From Phoronis australis (taxonomy: Eukaryota > Animalia > Phoronida): a stretch of DNA of 64,000 nucleotides. The translations under genes and the position numbers were made by a program. Below are positions 25,596 to 37,377 of the stretch, piece by piece; position 1 is the stretch's first letter; every line of letters begins with the position of its first letter. The notes beneath the pieces were generated by a model. It saw only the letters and a list, made by a program, of their open reading frames with translations. It was not told the DNA's origin and ran no database searches. The DNA lies in assembly GCA_002633005.1 (NCBI GenBank), contig NMRA01000235.1:510964-574963 (forward strand), read 5' to 3'.

Positions 25596-26422
25596 AATAG
25601 CGGAGTTGCAACGCCGCCATATTGGAAATGAGTCAGAATGTTGCATTGTGGTTAAGCCGGTAAACAAGTACGTCGGCAAGCGAGGAGGAAAACCGGCCAC
25701 AGGGAGCTAATACGTGTTGTGTGCCTGGCTGCTATAATACAAGTTTTAGAGATAAAGAATTTAGTTACTACCTGTTTCCCAAGGATAAAAACTGCGTTAA
25801 ACATGGGTCAGACACATCGGTAGAGCTGGTAGCCGACTCATCAGTGAATTCTTTCCTACTTCGCAGCATAAAGTATACAACGCTCATTTTGGGGGCGGCA
25901 AGAAAACGTTCCTTGAAAACTAACCAACAATATTTTCCTTGAAAGAAACAGTATCAACAGACGGATGGAAGTGAAAAGAAATTGTTTTTGCTTGACCAGA
26001 ACTAAGCTAACATGAGTAATTTTGAGGATAATGCTTCTGCACAATCCCCTATTCTGGGTGGACTCAATTAACGTACGCACACTACATGCATAAACGCGCT
26101 AAGATAAAGCGTGCAGAGTGTTGGTATTTACTTTCTACAAAATCGTGGTGCATTGCTATCAAAATTCGTTGTTAAATTATGATCATTTTTCAGAAAATTG
26201 TACTGAATTTCTAGGGCGAAGTCTCGCCGACAAATGCGCAGCTGCCGGTCTCGCAATCGTCGATAGGCTTGAATTTTTGAATAAAAATACAGCTTCGACT
26301 CAACAAATTACCTGAAATCCTACTCAAGTTTCCAAATGACGTCTCCAAGATTTTTAAGTTCTTGTGTAGTCTGGATTAACTGCAGACATTGACTATAGTA
26401 TATGGACCGCCAACTCCGTATA
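25596..26422 (+). mobile_element. Non-autonomous DNA transposon with a THAP-domain remnant
   Basis: NTCCVPGCYNT...YYLFPKD...W (25709-25830) matches the THAP pattern. Short inverted termini CGGAGTTG / CAACTCCG. Confidence 0.55.
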
Positions 26423-26889
26423 CTTTCAATGGACGAAATCTGTGACCTTACGCACAAGCCCTTACGTCATTATTCACAGGCGACATCTGGCTAAATTATC
26501 TGGTGCAATTTCCGGCAAGTATGTCGTCTGCTAATCTTAGTCGGCTACTGTGTGGCCGGTTGTTCGGCCACACACGCGAAATGCAATGGAATTAGCCTCC
26601 ATACCATCTGAAGAGCCCATAATCGGCTGTGGGAAGAAAACCTTACTTCTTGTGTCAACGTGAATGGCAGTTGTTTCAGCAATAAGACTTTATACATTTG
26701 CTCAAGGCACTTCGAAGATGAAGGTTTTTAAGAGACTGTACTACTTAGTCTAAATCCTGTCTTCACTATTCCATTTTTGTTGTCTCCGTTTTGATAAAAA
26801 CTATCTGGTAAACTTTTTGACGAAAATTATGCGCTAAATTTATTCCAAAGGTAGTGACTCGTAAACTCCTGTCCTTACGAGGAAGTTCA

Positions 26890-27150
26890 GCCTAGTGTGT
26901 GAATTAACCAAATTACTCTTCACTGGCCCTGATCAGACGGTTGGTCTCACCAGAATGCGCACATTTGGCCAGGATTTGGATCTGCGATTTCAACACATTC
27001 ACATTCGTGTACAAATAAATAGAACGCTGGTAAAACCTTTAACAGCAATAAAGATTATATTAATACTTCATAAATAAGCACCCGGACCAGACAAAATCTA
27101 TCTCGCAATTCAACAGCAGGTTACACACTCATTCATTGTCGAATATATGC
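26890..27150 (+). pseudogene. Possible decayed PKD-like exon
   Basis: ...ILILHK*APGPDKIYLAIQ resembles the PKD motif H-x-Y-x-x-P-G-x-Y-x-I/V. Confidence 0.25.
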
Positions 27151-27484
27151 CGCACAAAATCTCTCGACTGCCGTCTATGAAAATGCAACCAACTTCTTTG
27201 AAAACATGGAACAGGAACACCAGCGGGGTGTAAATGTTGTTTTTATTCCTCAATGATAATTTTCTTTGTAATCAGACATATGGTTTTTAAATGTTCGCCT
27301 TAAGTCCTAACATTTTTAAGCTTAAGCCTTTCAAACGAACGTTTATGACGAAAACAAAATTCTTCAACCAGTTTTGTAAAGTCCTTTGCCACCTGTAGGG
27401 TACATAATGAGCCAATCCCCCTCCTAATGTAACAAAAGGGTCCCGTGCATAAAGGATACTAAGTATTGCCCTTCTGAAATATTA

Positions 27485-30352
27485 CCGTATGCGCCCTAAT
27501 AAGCGGCCAGGGTGCTTAGAAAAATCCGCTTCATGAAGGTGGCACTTATTATAGCCCAAAAGGTGTTGAAACACGGTCTCCAAAACAGGTGAAATTGTAA
27601 GCTAGAATTCATCAAAGTTACGCTCTGTGACGCATCTGTAACCTATGAACAGAGTTTCTACAAAACTGCAGTGCATTGCTATCAAACTTTGTTGTCAACT
27701 TACGAGCATTTTTCAGAAAATACCACCGCCAAAAATTGCCGTGGATCAGGTTTCAAGCTCCTCAGCTTGGTTTAACTATATATTAATAAACCATAAAAAT
27801 GGTTCCAAGCGATTACAGCAATGCCTGCGCTCGTCTAATAAATGTGTATCATGCAGCTCCTGGTTTAAAAAAAGGTCTGTTTTTTAATTTTGGTTCGGTA
27901 TAAATAACGCCACAGACCTGGAAATCCAGCGAAACACTTCTACCTTACAAATCTGACAATCCTTAATATCAGAAAATTTGAGCACCCGGCAAAAGATACT
28001 AATGATGAAATTCTGGTTCAATTTGAAAGACTTGGTAAAATGAAGCCCATTCGAGTAAGCATCATGTGGGTCCCAATGCTAACCCAATATATGATAGAAC
28101 CCAACAAGCTCAAGTTGCTGTCAAATCAGGATGGGCATAAATAAGGAAATTTACTGTATCAACAGATTGGCCAAATAAGAAAAAGATACAAAGTGTTGCT
28201 ACAGTGCACGATACTTGGTCTATTATTTTCCCGCCGTAAATGCATGAACCAATCACTGGCTGATCACCAATGGTACAAAGTTTTCGAAAACAGCTCGATT
28301 TTTAGGGAGTCCTGTTTTAATGTTTTATTTATTTTCAAAACTTTATTGTCTTACATTTAGTTTATTTTCTGTTCAACTCAATGAAGCCACCTAATATGAA
28401 TGCATTCAATACAGTTAATGCATTGTGAAAACCAAAAGTTATGGTCTATCAACGTTAGACACAATCAGTACACCCCTTTCATAAAAAAATGTGTTAAAAG
28501 TTAGAAACAAAGGACACAAGTTTCCATCTTTTGTAACGTCGATTTTCGACATTGATGTTGGGGAGGAACAACAGTAATCACACGAAGGCGATGATTTTCA
28601 GAATTTGATTTGTTTTCGTAGCCATGTCTTCATTACCTATAGTTCAGCGCTACTTCTGAATCCAGGAACAAGAACTGAAAAAGGCAGGGTTCGTGATAAC
28701 TTTGGAGAACGGGTAACATTTATATAAGGTGATACAACTGTCATCGATATTGCCATCTTCTCTGTTTTGATCCAACCTTCCCAGATGAAAACTTGAATGA
28801 AGAGGACCTTCAGTACTTGAGTGAGCATGGTATACTGTGTGATTTACGTTGAATTATTCAACGGTTGTTTTAAGAACCATTTCACGCTATACCTACAACC
28901 AACGGCCCTTTAAGGGCCACTCAACACTTCCCAGAAGAACTGCTCACTTGATAATGTTGATTGATGAACATGCTTTCGTAGTTTTCTCAGTAGGCCTATG
29001 TGAACCATAAATCAAAAACTGTCCGATAACTATGTTGCTATGGGGCAAGCAGACGACATAATGGGTCGGCACCGAAGTTTGAATTTTGTAATTAATTACC
29101 AGTAGCATTGCCAAAAGTACACACAATACCAACACTTCTACTATTCAAAGACTTTGAAAAGCGTTTCAATGCCGAAATTAATATAAATTAATATGTTTTC
29201 GTTGTTTTGGACAGTAAAGTAGATGCAAGTACATGTATTTCTCGTCAAAATACACTGACCGGAAACTGCAGCAGATATGTCATGAGAGTTCAACTCAGCA
29301 CGTAAGGATATGCCGGAGTTGCGAATCTGTTGTCTATAATCTATGCTGCAGATTAAGTCCAAATCTGCGCTAGATTGTAATGTAGGTCGCCACGCGAGAA
29401 AAATCTCTGGAGGAACACACTTGTTGTTGTCACGTGACGTTTGTTTTGAAGTTTGTATTCTTGTGTGTGAGAGTAAGCGTGCGTGTAGTTGTCGTCAGAG
29501 TTCATTTGCCAGAGTAAATGCCATGAAATGCTCTAGGTGTGCATTGTATCCAAAGAATTTAACTCAAGCAGTCGAGCAAATCGTGTTTTAATATTTAGTT
29601 TAGCACTTGCTGGCCTCATCTGCTAAAGAACGTTCGAGAATCGTTTCGGTAAGACCGATATGTCACTCATTGAGTCGCCGGTTGAGTGGAAGATTCGGTG
29701 GGTAAGGGTGCGCCGTGTTTACTATCAGTGGGTCATTTTGACTTTAAAAACACCAATTATGATTAGTTAAATAATATCACTTAAAAATAGTGCAATTTTT
29801 TGGGCCATTAGAAACTTTCGGAAATTAGTTTCAATATTTATTACTTGCCGATGCTATGTTACCCGTTTCATGAATAGATAGTTCCCGACTAAATGTTTTC
29901 GATGACAGCCGGTACATTTTGCAGCGCGCGTTTCTTGGCCGCGTGCTATTACTGGTCGAGTTTTTTATTAGTCTTCGATTCAGGGTTTTCACGTGTACAA
30001 AGAAGTTTGTATTCCTGTTGATGCCGGAGAAGATCTGTAGCGGAAAGAAACAATGTAATCCCTCTGACAAGTACGCTGCGTCTGTTTTCAAAATCCAGAC
30101 CCCCGTAGTGGGGCACATCCCTCGCAAGAGCAACAAAACTTTTGCGTTCTTTTTGAATCGCGGCGTAAGTTTGAAGTGTATACGGACATAACGGTGAGGC
30201 TGGTGGTCTACAAATTCAGGACTGTTGGATCTTTCAATTGATAAATTCGAGACGTTAGAACTCTAGGTAATGCATTTTTCGCATGTAGTTCATGAGCTGG
30301 GCGCGTGTCGGGGCACTTGTTGGGGCATGGGCGCTTATTAGGGGAAATAGCA
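27485..30352. mobile_element. pogo/Mariner-like element (TA|CCGTA terminus) carrying a HIRAN remnant
   Basis: Left TA-CCGTATGCGCCCTAATAAGCGGCC; right GGGCGCTTATTAGGGGAAATAG. Weak minus-strand DFQVCGVI (~27900-27935) resembles a pogo C-terminus. Confidence 0.6.
29972..30240 (+). pseudogene. HIRAN-domain remnant
   Basis: SSIQGFHVYKEV.IP..GEDL*..E / NPSDKYAASV.....VVGHIPR...FFL / GGLQI, with frameshifts and stops. Confidence 0.72.
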
Positions 30353-30486
30353 GCAGAATTACATACAGCAGCTTAGTTTAATGCACCCAAATCACACGTC
30401 GTACAAACCAATCGGCCATTCTACATACCCTAATCAACCCCAATAATCTTTGCGCACCCTTATTTCCGGACATACGCGATCGTTAA

Positions 30487-31146
30487 GGAGGCACAGAACA
30501 GTTCTCACTGGGTTTTGCCTAGCAAAACACACATCACTTGATTTGTAACCTTTTCTTCACTCTGTCAAAAACAGGATGCATAGAATGGCATGTTTTCAAT
30601 TATTTCACATAAAAATCCCAGCAGATGAGCACAGAAACTTTATTCTTTATTGTATTTTTGACCACTTCATTCCCACTGAAAACCAAGCTAGACTAAGAAA
30701 AATAAGGGCAAAAAAATGCAAAATCGGCACTTTTCACCCGAAAAACACCACTTCCCTGCCGATGCACGACTAAAACCAACATTAGAGTCTGAAAGCACAT
30801 TTCCTACCGATTCCGAAAATGTGGTCCAAAAGTACTGTCAACTGACTAGTTTTTTGGCAATTCTTGCTTGTTTGAGGGCTACCTAAAATCACAGCCAATT
30901 TCTCGGTCGCTACCCAACAATGCACAATTGCAGCCGGGGGCCGCCATCTTGAAGAAGAGTGCAGCTACAGCCAAGAAAGTGGCCTTCTTTATTCACAGCA
31001 TGTTCACAAATACAAATAAACAACATTCACTGAGCCTACGTGCAATTCCCACCTACAAAATGCCCACAAACTTGGATTACCCCAAAATTTCTATATTTTG
31101 GGAGTGCAAATTGGCCGCGGCCGCAGCCTAACTATTCTGTGCCACC
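30487..31146. mobile_element. Kolobok-type MITE (family B)
   Basis: TTAA|GGAGGCACAGAACAGTT ... AACTATTCTGTGCCACC|TAAA; TIR 15/17. Confidence 0.7.
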
Positions 31147-31187
31147 TAAATCGATTCGGTTGCATCTCCGCTATTGCGTAATACAGG

Positions 31188-31300
31188 CACACACACACAC
31201 ACGCACACGCACACATATAAACAGAATCAATCACAAACACACGCACAAGCACAAACACACACGCGCGCGCGCATACACACACGCTCGCGCGTATACACAC
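31188..31300. repeat. Interrupted (CA)/(CG) microsatellite
   Basis: Read directly. Confidence 0.9.
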
Positions 31301-31479
31301 AAATATGCGAATACGAGTATTCCTTGCAATGTTATGTAGGTTGTCGAACTTCTTCTAAGACCGGAGGGGAAAAAATATCAGAGACAACGGTCAAAGTTCG
31401 GTGTGTATAACGTAATTGGCGACTCTGCTATTAAAGTTTCCCGGTAAATGGTGTTGCCTGGAAGTGTACCTCGAGAGTC

Positions 31480-31720
31480 TTGTTCGTTGTAGCCAAATGG
31501 CAAACTCAAAAAGAAGTAATAAAATTAGACTTGATTTCAAAAGTACAGCTCTCTATCACTCAGACGCGCAGACAACCGGGAATTTACAGTACAGTCTCGC
31601 GGGTATTCTTGGAGTTGCACCCCCTAACAAGACAAAGCAATGTACATTGGTCATGTGAGGGAGTTGGTATTCTACGGCTAGAGCTTTATGAAAACAGTCG
31701 TGTTCGCTTGGCGTAATTTA
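31480..31720 (+). pseudogene. Possible decayed PKD-like exon
   Basis: VQLSITQTRRQPGIYSTVSRVF fits the PKD x-P-G-x-Y-x-(V/T) strand motif. Confidence 0.3.
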
Positions 31721-33119
31721 AAACGAAATTTGGTCCATTGGAGAAGTTCAGAGTGGCACTTGCTTTGTACCAGTCTTTGCTGATTTTGGGCATTTCAACC
31801 CACGTCTGGAATGGTCCACAGGTTGTACGAATCCTAAAAATAAAAGATTGTGTGAGACCAAGGACTTCAACAAACTACCACAAAGTAGCATAAAACCACT
31901 GTGACGTTTTAGACGGAGACAAAACTCTCCAGAATATTAAAATCATTTGAAAATTTTCTGTCAATCGGACTATTTTTACAAATCTAAAATGCCAGAGTGG
32001 TACCTGAAATTCTTGGTGAATACAACTTCAAGCTTGCAATCAGTTAAGATTTCATTAGACTCTTCTTAACAAAACGTGGGTTCACTGCCTGCTATGTTAT
32101 AAGAGCAACCTGAAAGCCATGCCATCCGTGGACTTTGCACGCAACAAGACTTTCATAACGGCAATGTTAAAAGTAGCCAGTTTTTGAGAAAAAGTGCGAG
32201 GTAAATTTAACTATGGCACACGGATGCCTAGTGTTCATTTACTGTCAACCTCAATTCTATACATAGTTGTTCATGTCAATCTAAATTCACTTACATGGGC
32301 ACCAGCAAATTCTCTATTGAATAATTACTAAGGAGAATGGAAATTGTTAGTAAAGTAAGACAAGCGGCGATGACATTTTTTTTCTTTGTTAACAGATCCC
32401 CGAAATAGCTTTGGGAGATCTGTCGAGTCGTCTGCATCGCGCCTGATGTCTGGGGCCATGGTTTTGGCGCTTGCTGTCATTACCTTATTAACACGCATGA
32501 ATTCAGCTCGTCCATGATGGAACCATGTCTTGGAAACCAGTGAAAACAATGTAAATGTACGTATAAACTGTTTGCATATATGTAGAATGAAGCGAGTGGG
32601 TTATACACTTGGGAGTAAAGTTTTTTAATTGGCCTCGATACTTCTGGTATTGGTATAACAGCCAGTAGACTTTGAACTTCTGGAGGTTTAATGGCTTCTG
32701 CTATTCTAACACGTTAATTCTCATTCATCAGCGTACGTGTCAAATGTACTGTAAACACCCCCGCTTCAAGTTGCACACTTTCTGTAATTTGGAGTCTCTT
32801 CTGATGAAACAATAATGCCTCGTTTGTTTTAAGATACACGATTAAAAATACCAGTCACGCTTAACGTCAGCAAATTGACGTTAATTAACAGTCAATTATA
32901 ATCAACAGTAACCTATATAGTTCATTGAAACATACAGGAGGAACAACAGTTAAATACTGATCAACATTTACGACATTTAATCTTAAATCATTTTAAATGA
33001 CCGAGCATGGAAATATTAATATCAACATATTACTAGCCTGGCTGAGAGATGATTGCTTCATTTGAACAGAATCAGTCACTGACAGCCTTTTAAGTCTCTG
33101 TGATCTTTTCTTTTTGCAG

Positions 33120-33157
33120 GCATCACGGCGCAGATGAGCATAGAGGATTTGAACTAA
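33120..33157 (+). CDS. Candidate short terminal coding exon (CITAQMSIEDLN*)
   Basis: Strong acceptor TCTTTTCTTTTTGCAG with an upstream ACTGAC. The phase-1 join from kringle 2 reads to a TAA. No transcript evidence. Confidence 0.3.
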
Positions 33158-33490
33158 ATAATCTTGGAATCAAACTCAAAGAACAATTAGTCGTCTAAAA
33201 TTTACACCTTCCGCTTACCTTCACAATACGAAAGTGACATTAAAGTATTTTGCTGCATTCTATCGTTTCACCGTTGGTGTTGAGAGGTTTGCTACAAGTT
33301 CAGAGTATTACAGAAAAACAATTTCAGAAATTGTTTCCCAAAATGGCGAAAGCGTCTGCATGGGTCATATCAATTCAAATGTGAAATGTGGTTTTCACCA
33401 CGACCTTATAAACGATTTTTCACATTTTTCCGATATAACACCAAACTAAAATTATTTTAAAAGGATGTGAGTTCCATAAGCAGTGCAACA

Positions 33491-33494
<4 letters not shown>

Positions 33495-33538
<44 letters not shown>

Positions 33539-33560
33539 TATATATTCATATATATATATT
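33495..33560. repeat. (CA)n/(TA)n microsatellite
   Basis: Read directly. Confidence 0.95.
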
Positions 33561-33909
33561 TCACTGAAGTCAAGACTTTGATGTGTTTTTACGAGTTTAA
33601 TTTCAGTTCTTTCAAACTCTCTAAATAGAAATTTTGTCTTTACGTCGGACCAGTGCAATAAAAGTTCAAAGCACACTAGTCTTCAAATAATGTTTGAAAA
33701 AAAACTTGTTTGAAAAGGTAGCTAACTGGAACTCGAAGGACTATTATTATTTAGTTGATCTGTGCATTGTGATGAACAATAACGTGTGTATATTTATATA
33801 ATGTGTGTTTTTATCGTCATAGTTGCGCATACCAACTTCACGTGTTATATTACATTTGTCATTTCTGATGTGCATTTCATTGTGACCTAATTATAAATAG
33901 TAGCCTTAA

Positions 33910-33910
33910 G

Positions 33911-33970
<60 letters not shown>
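33910..33970. repeat. (TA)n(TG)n microsatellite
   Basis: Read directly. Confidence 0.95.
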
Positions 33971-33974
<4 letters not shown>

Positions 33975-34107
33975 TTCATTGAAAACACCACATTGATCTG
34001 TTTTACTAGTTTAATTTCAGTTCTTACCAGCTCTCTAATTAGAGATCTTGTCTTTACATCGCAACAGCGCAAAAATCCAAACGACATCAGTAGGTAGCAT
34101 ATTTTAA

Positions 34108-34149
34108 AAAAACGATATTTCGAGACACTTATCTCATCTTCAGGCTTCT
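34108..34149 (-). ncRNA. Minimal hammerhead ribozyme in the Penelope pLTR
   Basis: Minus strand reads AGAAGC-CTGAAGA-T-GAGA(TAAGTG)TCTC-GAAA-TA-TC-GTTTTT. Core intact, stem III reduced to the palindrome ATAT. Confidence 0.68.
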
Positions 34150-34849
34150 ATTTACAACTAGTTCACAGTGAAACGCACATCAGAAATGACAAATGCAATG
34201 TAACAAGTGAAGTTGGCATGCGCAACTATGACGACAAAAAATAAAAATATACATACGTTGTTGTGCAACATAATCTATAGATTACCGAAATAATGAAAGA
34301 GTCCTTCGAGTTGCAGTTAGCTGCTAGTACAAACTGGGTTTTTCAAACAATATTAGAAGCGACTCTAATGTTCGTAACCTATGTGCAGCATTTTCAGCGT
34401 ATCTAATGACATTATTGTCAACATACTCATGACTTTTATGGAACCGTTTTGTAAATGTATTGAAAGTCAGGGTGACACGGAACACACTGTGTGCCCAATG
34501 TAATTTTGTTTCTGATGTGGACGAAAACATTCGACCGCGGGACAAGTAAACTTATAAACAACATTACATCTAGCAACAATACGGACCTTCTCACGACTAA
34601 TATTGTTTCTCATCACTAAATTAGATGTCTTCATATTCTTGTAATAACTAATTACATCTAGTGTGTCATTAGGACTAATAACTCTTACATTATTATAGAT
34701 TATGTTCTTTAGGACTTGTTCATCTTGTACATAATTTTTGGACATACCATTTTAGTAGAACCTCGCTCTCGTTCAAATACTTATGCATATCACGAATCTC
34801 GATATAATAACCACTAATACAAACACGTAGATGTACGTTGTATAGAGAT

Positions 34850-34859
34850 GTGTATATAT

Positions 34860-34951
<92 letters not shown>

Positions 34952-34969
34952 TTAATATATATATATATN

Positions 34970-35025
<56 letters not shown>
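34850..35025. repeat. Long (TA)n microsatellite containing a single-N gap
   Basis: Read directly. Confidence 0.97.
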
Positions 35026-35030
<5 letters not shown>

Positions 35031-36720
35031 ATTCAATGCTCAACATATAAAGCTATGCACGCACTGCACATAAACAGGTATACACATACTACAGAGCTAT
35101 TTCTGTTTCAAAACTTTATACAGAGTCGCTCGTAGTGTCGAAACAATCCTCTTTCTTTGGGACTCAGTTGCATAAAAGTTATACGCCGCATAGCTAAATT
35201 GACGTTGCATTATCATGCGTCAGGTTGTTATTGTTGAACAAACGACCTGACGTCATGCAGCGGATAAATTTTGAAGCTGTATACAACTCAGTCCAGGTGT
35301 GCAGCGATGTAGAAAAATTCCGACAGAAATAAAAGACAGAGTTTGTTAAAACTATCATTCCACGAGAGCACCAAAACGTCGACTCTAGGGTCAACAACTC
35401 AGATCTTGAATACAATACGTACACATGCATCCTGGTTGGATATGTTAGAAATACCATTATTTTCAAGTTAGAACATCATCAATGTTTTGGCCCAAAATAG
35501 GTCATTTTTGGTTCAAAAAGGTTCAGATAGTGAAGTTGTTTTAAAACGGTTTAAAAGTACGGTGAAGAAAACAAATTTACAGTTTTTATGTAGTCACTGA
35601 ATTTCTCTTTCAGAAAACAATCTTAGAATTTCCAAAGTAGTTTCCGTTAACCTTCAAGGGTGTGTCAAGCTCGAAATAAGAAATTTGGCCAAAGCTTTTT
35701 CATCGAGAAAACGGTGGAATATGAATGTCTGAGAACGACTTTTCAATATTAATCAACTGTAGTTCCTTTACGGTATTTTGTTTCGTATAATTTTGAACCT
35801 GGGGATGACTTGTTTTGATATCGAAACATCGTCATATTATTCAGCAAAAAACAAAAACTTATAATATCTACATGCACGTTTTCAAATCTGTCGAACCTGT
35901 CTAGCACTATATAAAAGCTCATGCCTCTATTATGTGCCCCCGCACCCCCGTCAGGTGCTACCTTATTACTAGATAGTGATTACGTAAATCATATAGTCAC
36001 TTCAATTGAGTTTTGCTTTTTTATAGCATGCTTTAACATGCTGTAAAAATCTTTTAACCGATTCCACAGAAATCTGATTTTGTCGCTTTTGCCTCACTGA
36101 AATGAGAGGTAAAAAGGACCTTTTTGAAATATTGGACACACGGCTTTCAAGATGTTTATTGTAGCTAAGGTTTGCAGCTAGCAAAGTGACTTCAGTACAA
36201 ATTAAAAACTATAATGATTCTAACAGCCTTTGGCCACAGTAAGTAATTTAGAGTGTACTTTGGAAATTTTCAACAATACATGGTGAACAGGGCTCCCGTT
36301 TAGTATAAAAGTAGACATGAATAATTGTTACCATGGTGACTCAGTACCATACAAGTTTTAGTCCTTAAACACGCAATCGACTAGCATGATAGTAAATAAT
36401 ATGTAGCGATGACGTAGGGTTCAGATGAGCTTCGAACATCATAATCCAAATGTAACCCATTTATGTAAATCAAGTATGATTTTCACATTTCGTTGCTTTG
36501 ATATACATGTATCTTGAAGTAGATTGTATTAACTAGTTACAAAGCACGAAGCAAAAGCGCATTTAGTGGTTAGAATGTAAAAAATATGCTGAAAGTGTCA
36601 GTAGCCTTGTACTCATCAACTGGAAAGAATTGAATGGGGTTCCTGCGAGGATAGGAAGAACTCAGCGTGTGAAAGCAAGTGTAAATTCACCACGATATAC
36701 CCGTAAACTTATCAGGACAA

Positions 36721-36800
36721 CCTAGCAAAATGTAGGCCACCCTAACAAAATCTAGATAATCTTTGCAAAATCTATAACACCCTTGCAAAGTCTAGGCCAC
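36721..36800. repeat. Degenerate 20-bp tandem repeat x4 (consensus ~CCTTGCAAAATCTAGGCCAC)
   Basis: Four consecutive 20-mers align by eye. Confidence 0.75.
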
Positions 36801-37124
36801 TGATTTTTTGCCGTTCCAGAAGCTCAGCCTTTATTACCTCACAAATTTACATGCAACCGTCAAGGCGCAGCTCTTCAAAGCACTATTCATGCGCTAATAA
36901 ATACGACGAAATAACATCAATTCAAGAACGCAAAAAGTGAATCACATTTAATAACTCATAAAATTTGGTAATAATTCGACATTCCATTCTCAGCAACCTA
37001 CATGTATCTCGTCAGTGATCATTTTGGTGCTTGATGCAAACATTTGCCTATAACTATCAGCTGCACTGCGTGACTGATTTGCAAACCTTTTCACTTTGCA
37101 TCAATTATTGTGCGCTAAAGGGTA

Positions 37125-37377
37125 CAACTTATTGTTTGATAGTCGACATTATGCAGAGGGGCGGAGCTTGCGATAGGTTACTTGGGGTGCTAAAGCTAAA
37201 ACTAAAGCCTAATCAAAAGGAATTTTAGCAAATGTCCCAGATTTTGAAACCGCTGTTTCACTCGTTGTACAAAAGAATGTGTTGAATCCGTTGAGAGAAA
37301 TAACTACCAAATTGAAGCAGTGCGATATGGATGTCAATGCTGGTTACTCAAGTTGGATATGCAAAATAATACAAAAC
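37125..37377 (+). mobile_element. hAT transposase fragment, second copy, ending at the HINE-like array
   Basis: Homologous to 21520-21785; similarity stops where the AACTAGAAAG element begins. Confidence 0.6.

Larger units (their letters stand above)
33561..34850 (-). mobile_element. Penelope-like element remnant with duplicated and inverted pLTR pieces
   Basis: GIY-YIG-type region NVVYKFTCP..C....NYIGHT and C-terminus RLRTLESLLILFEKPSL. 33720-33910 is an inverted copy of ~34140-34325. An ORF-start-like segment (DVKT..L.RE..RTEIKLVK) appears twice (33561-33680, 33975-34090). Confidence 0.8.

Noticed and set aside
31340-31420. Additional decayed kringle start (GCRTSSKTG...)
   Set aside because: Spacing and the Y-x-G and C-x-x-W motifs could not be recovered.
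34720-35050. YI-repeat ORFs (also the HT/CV ORFs at 31040-31410 and 33452-34087)
   Set aside because: Translations of dinucleotide microsatellites.
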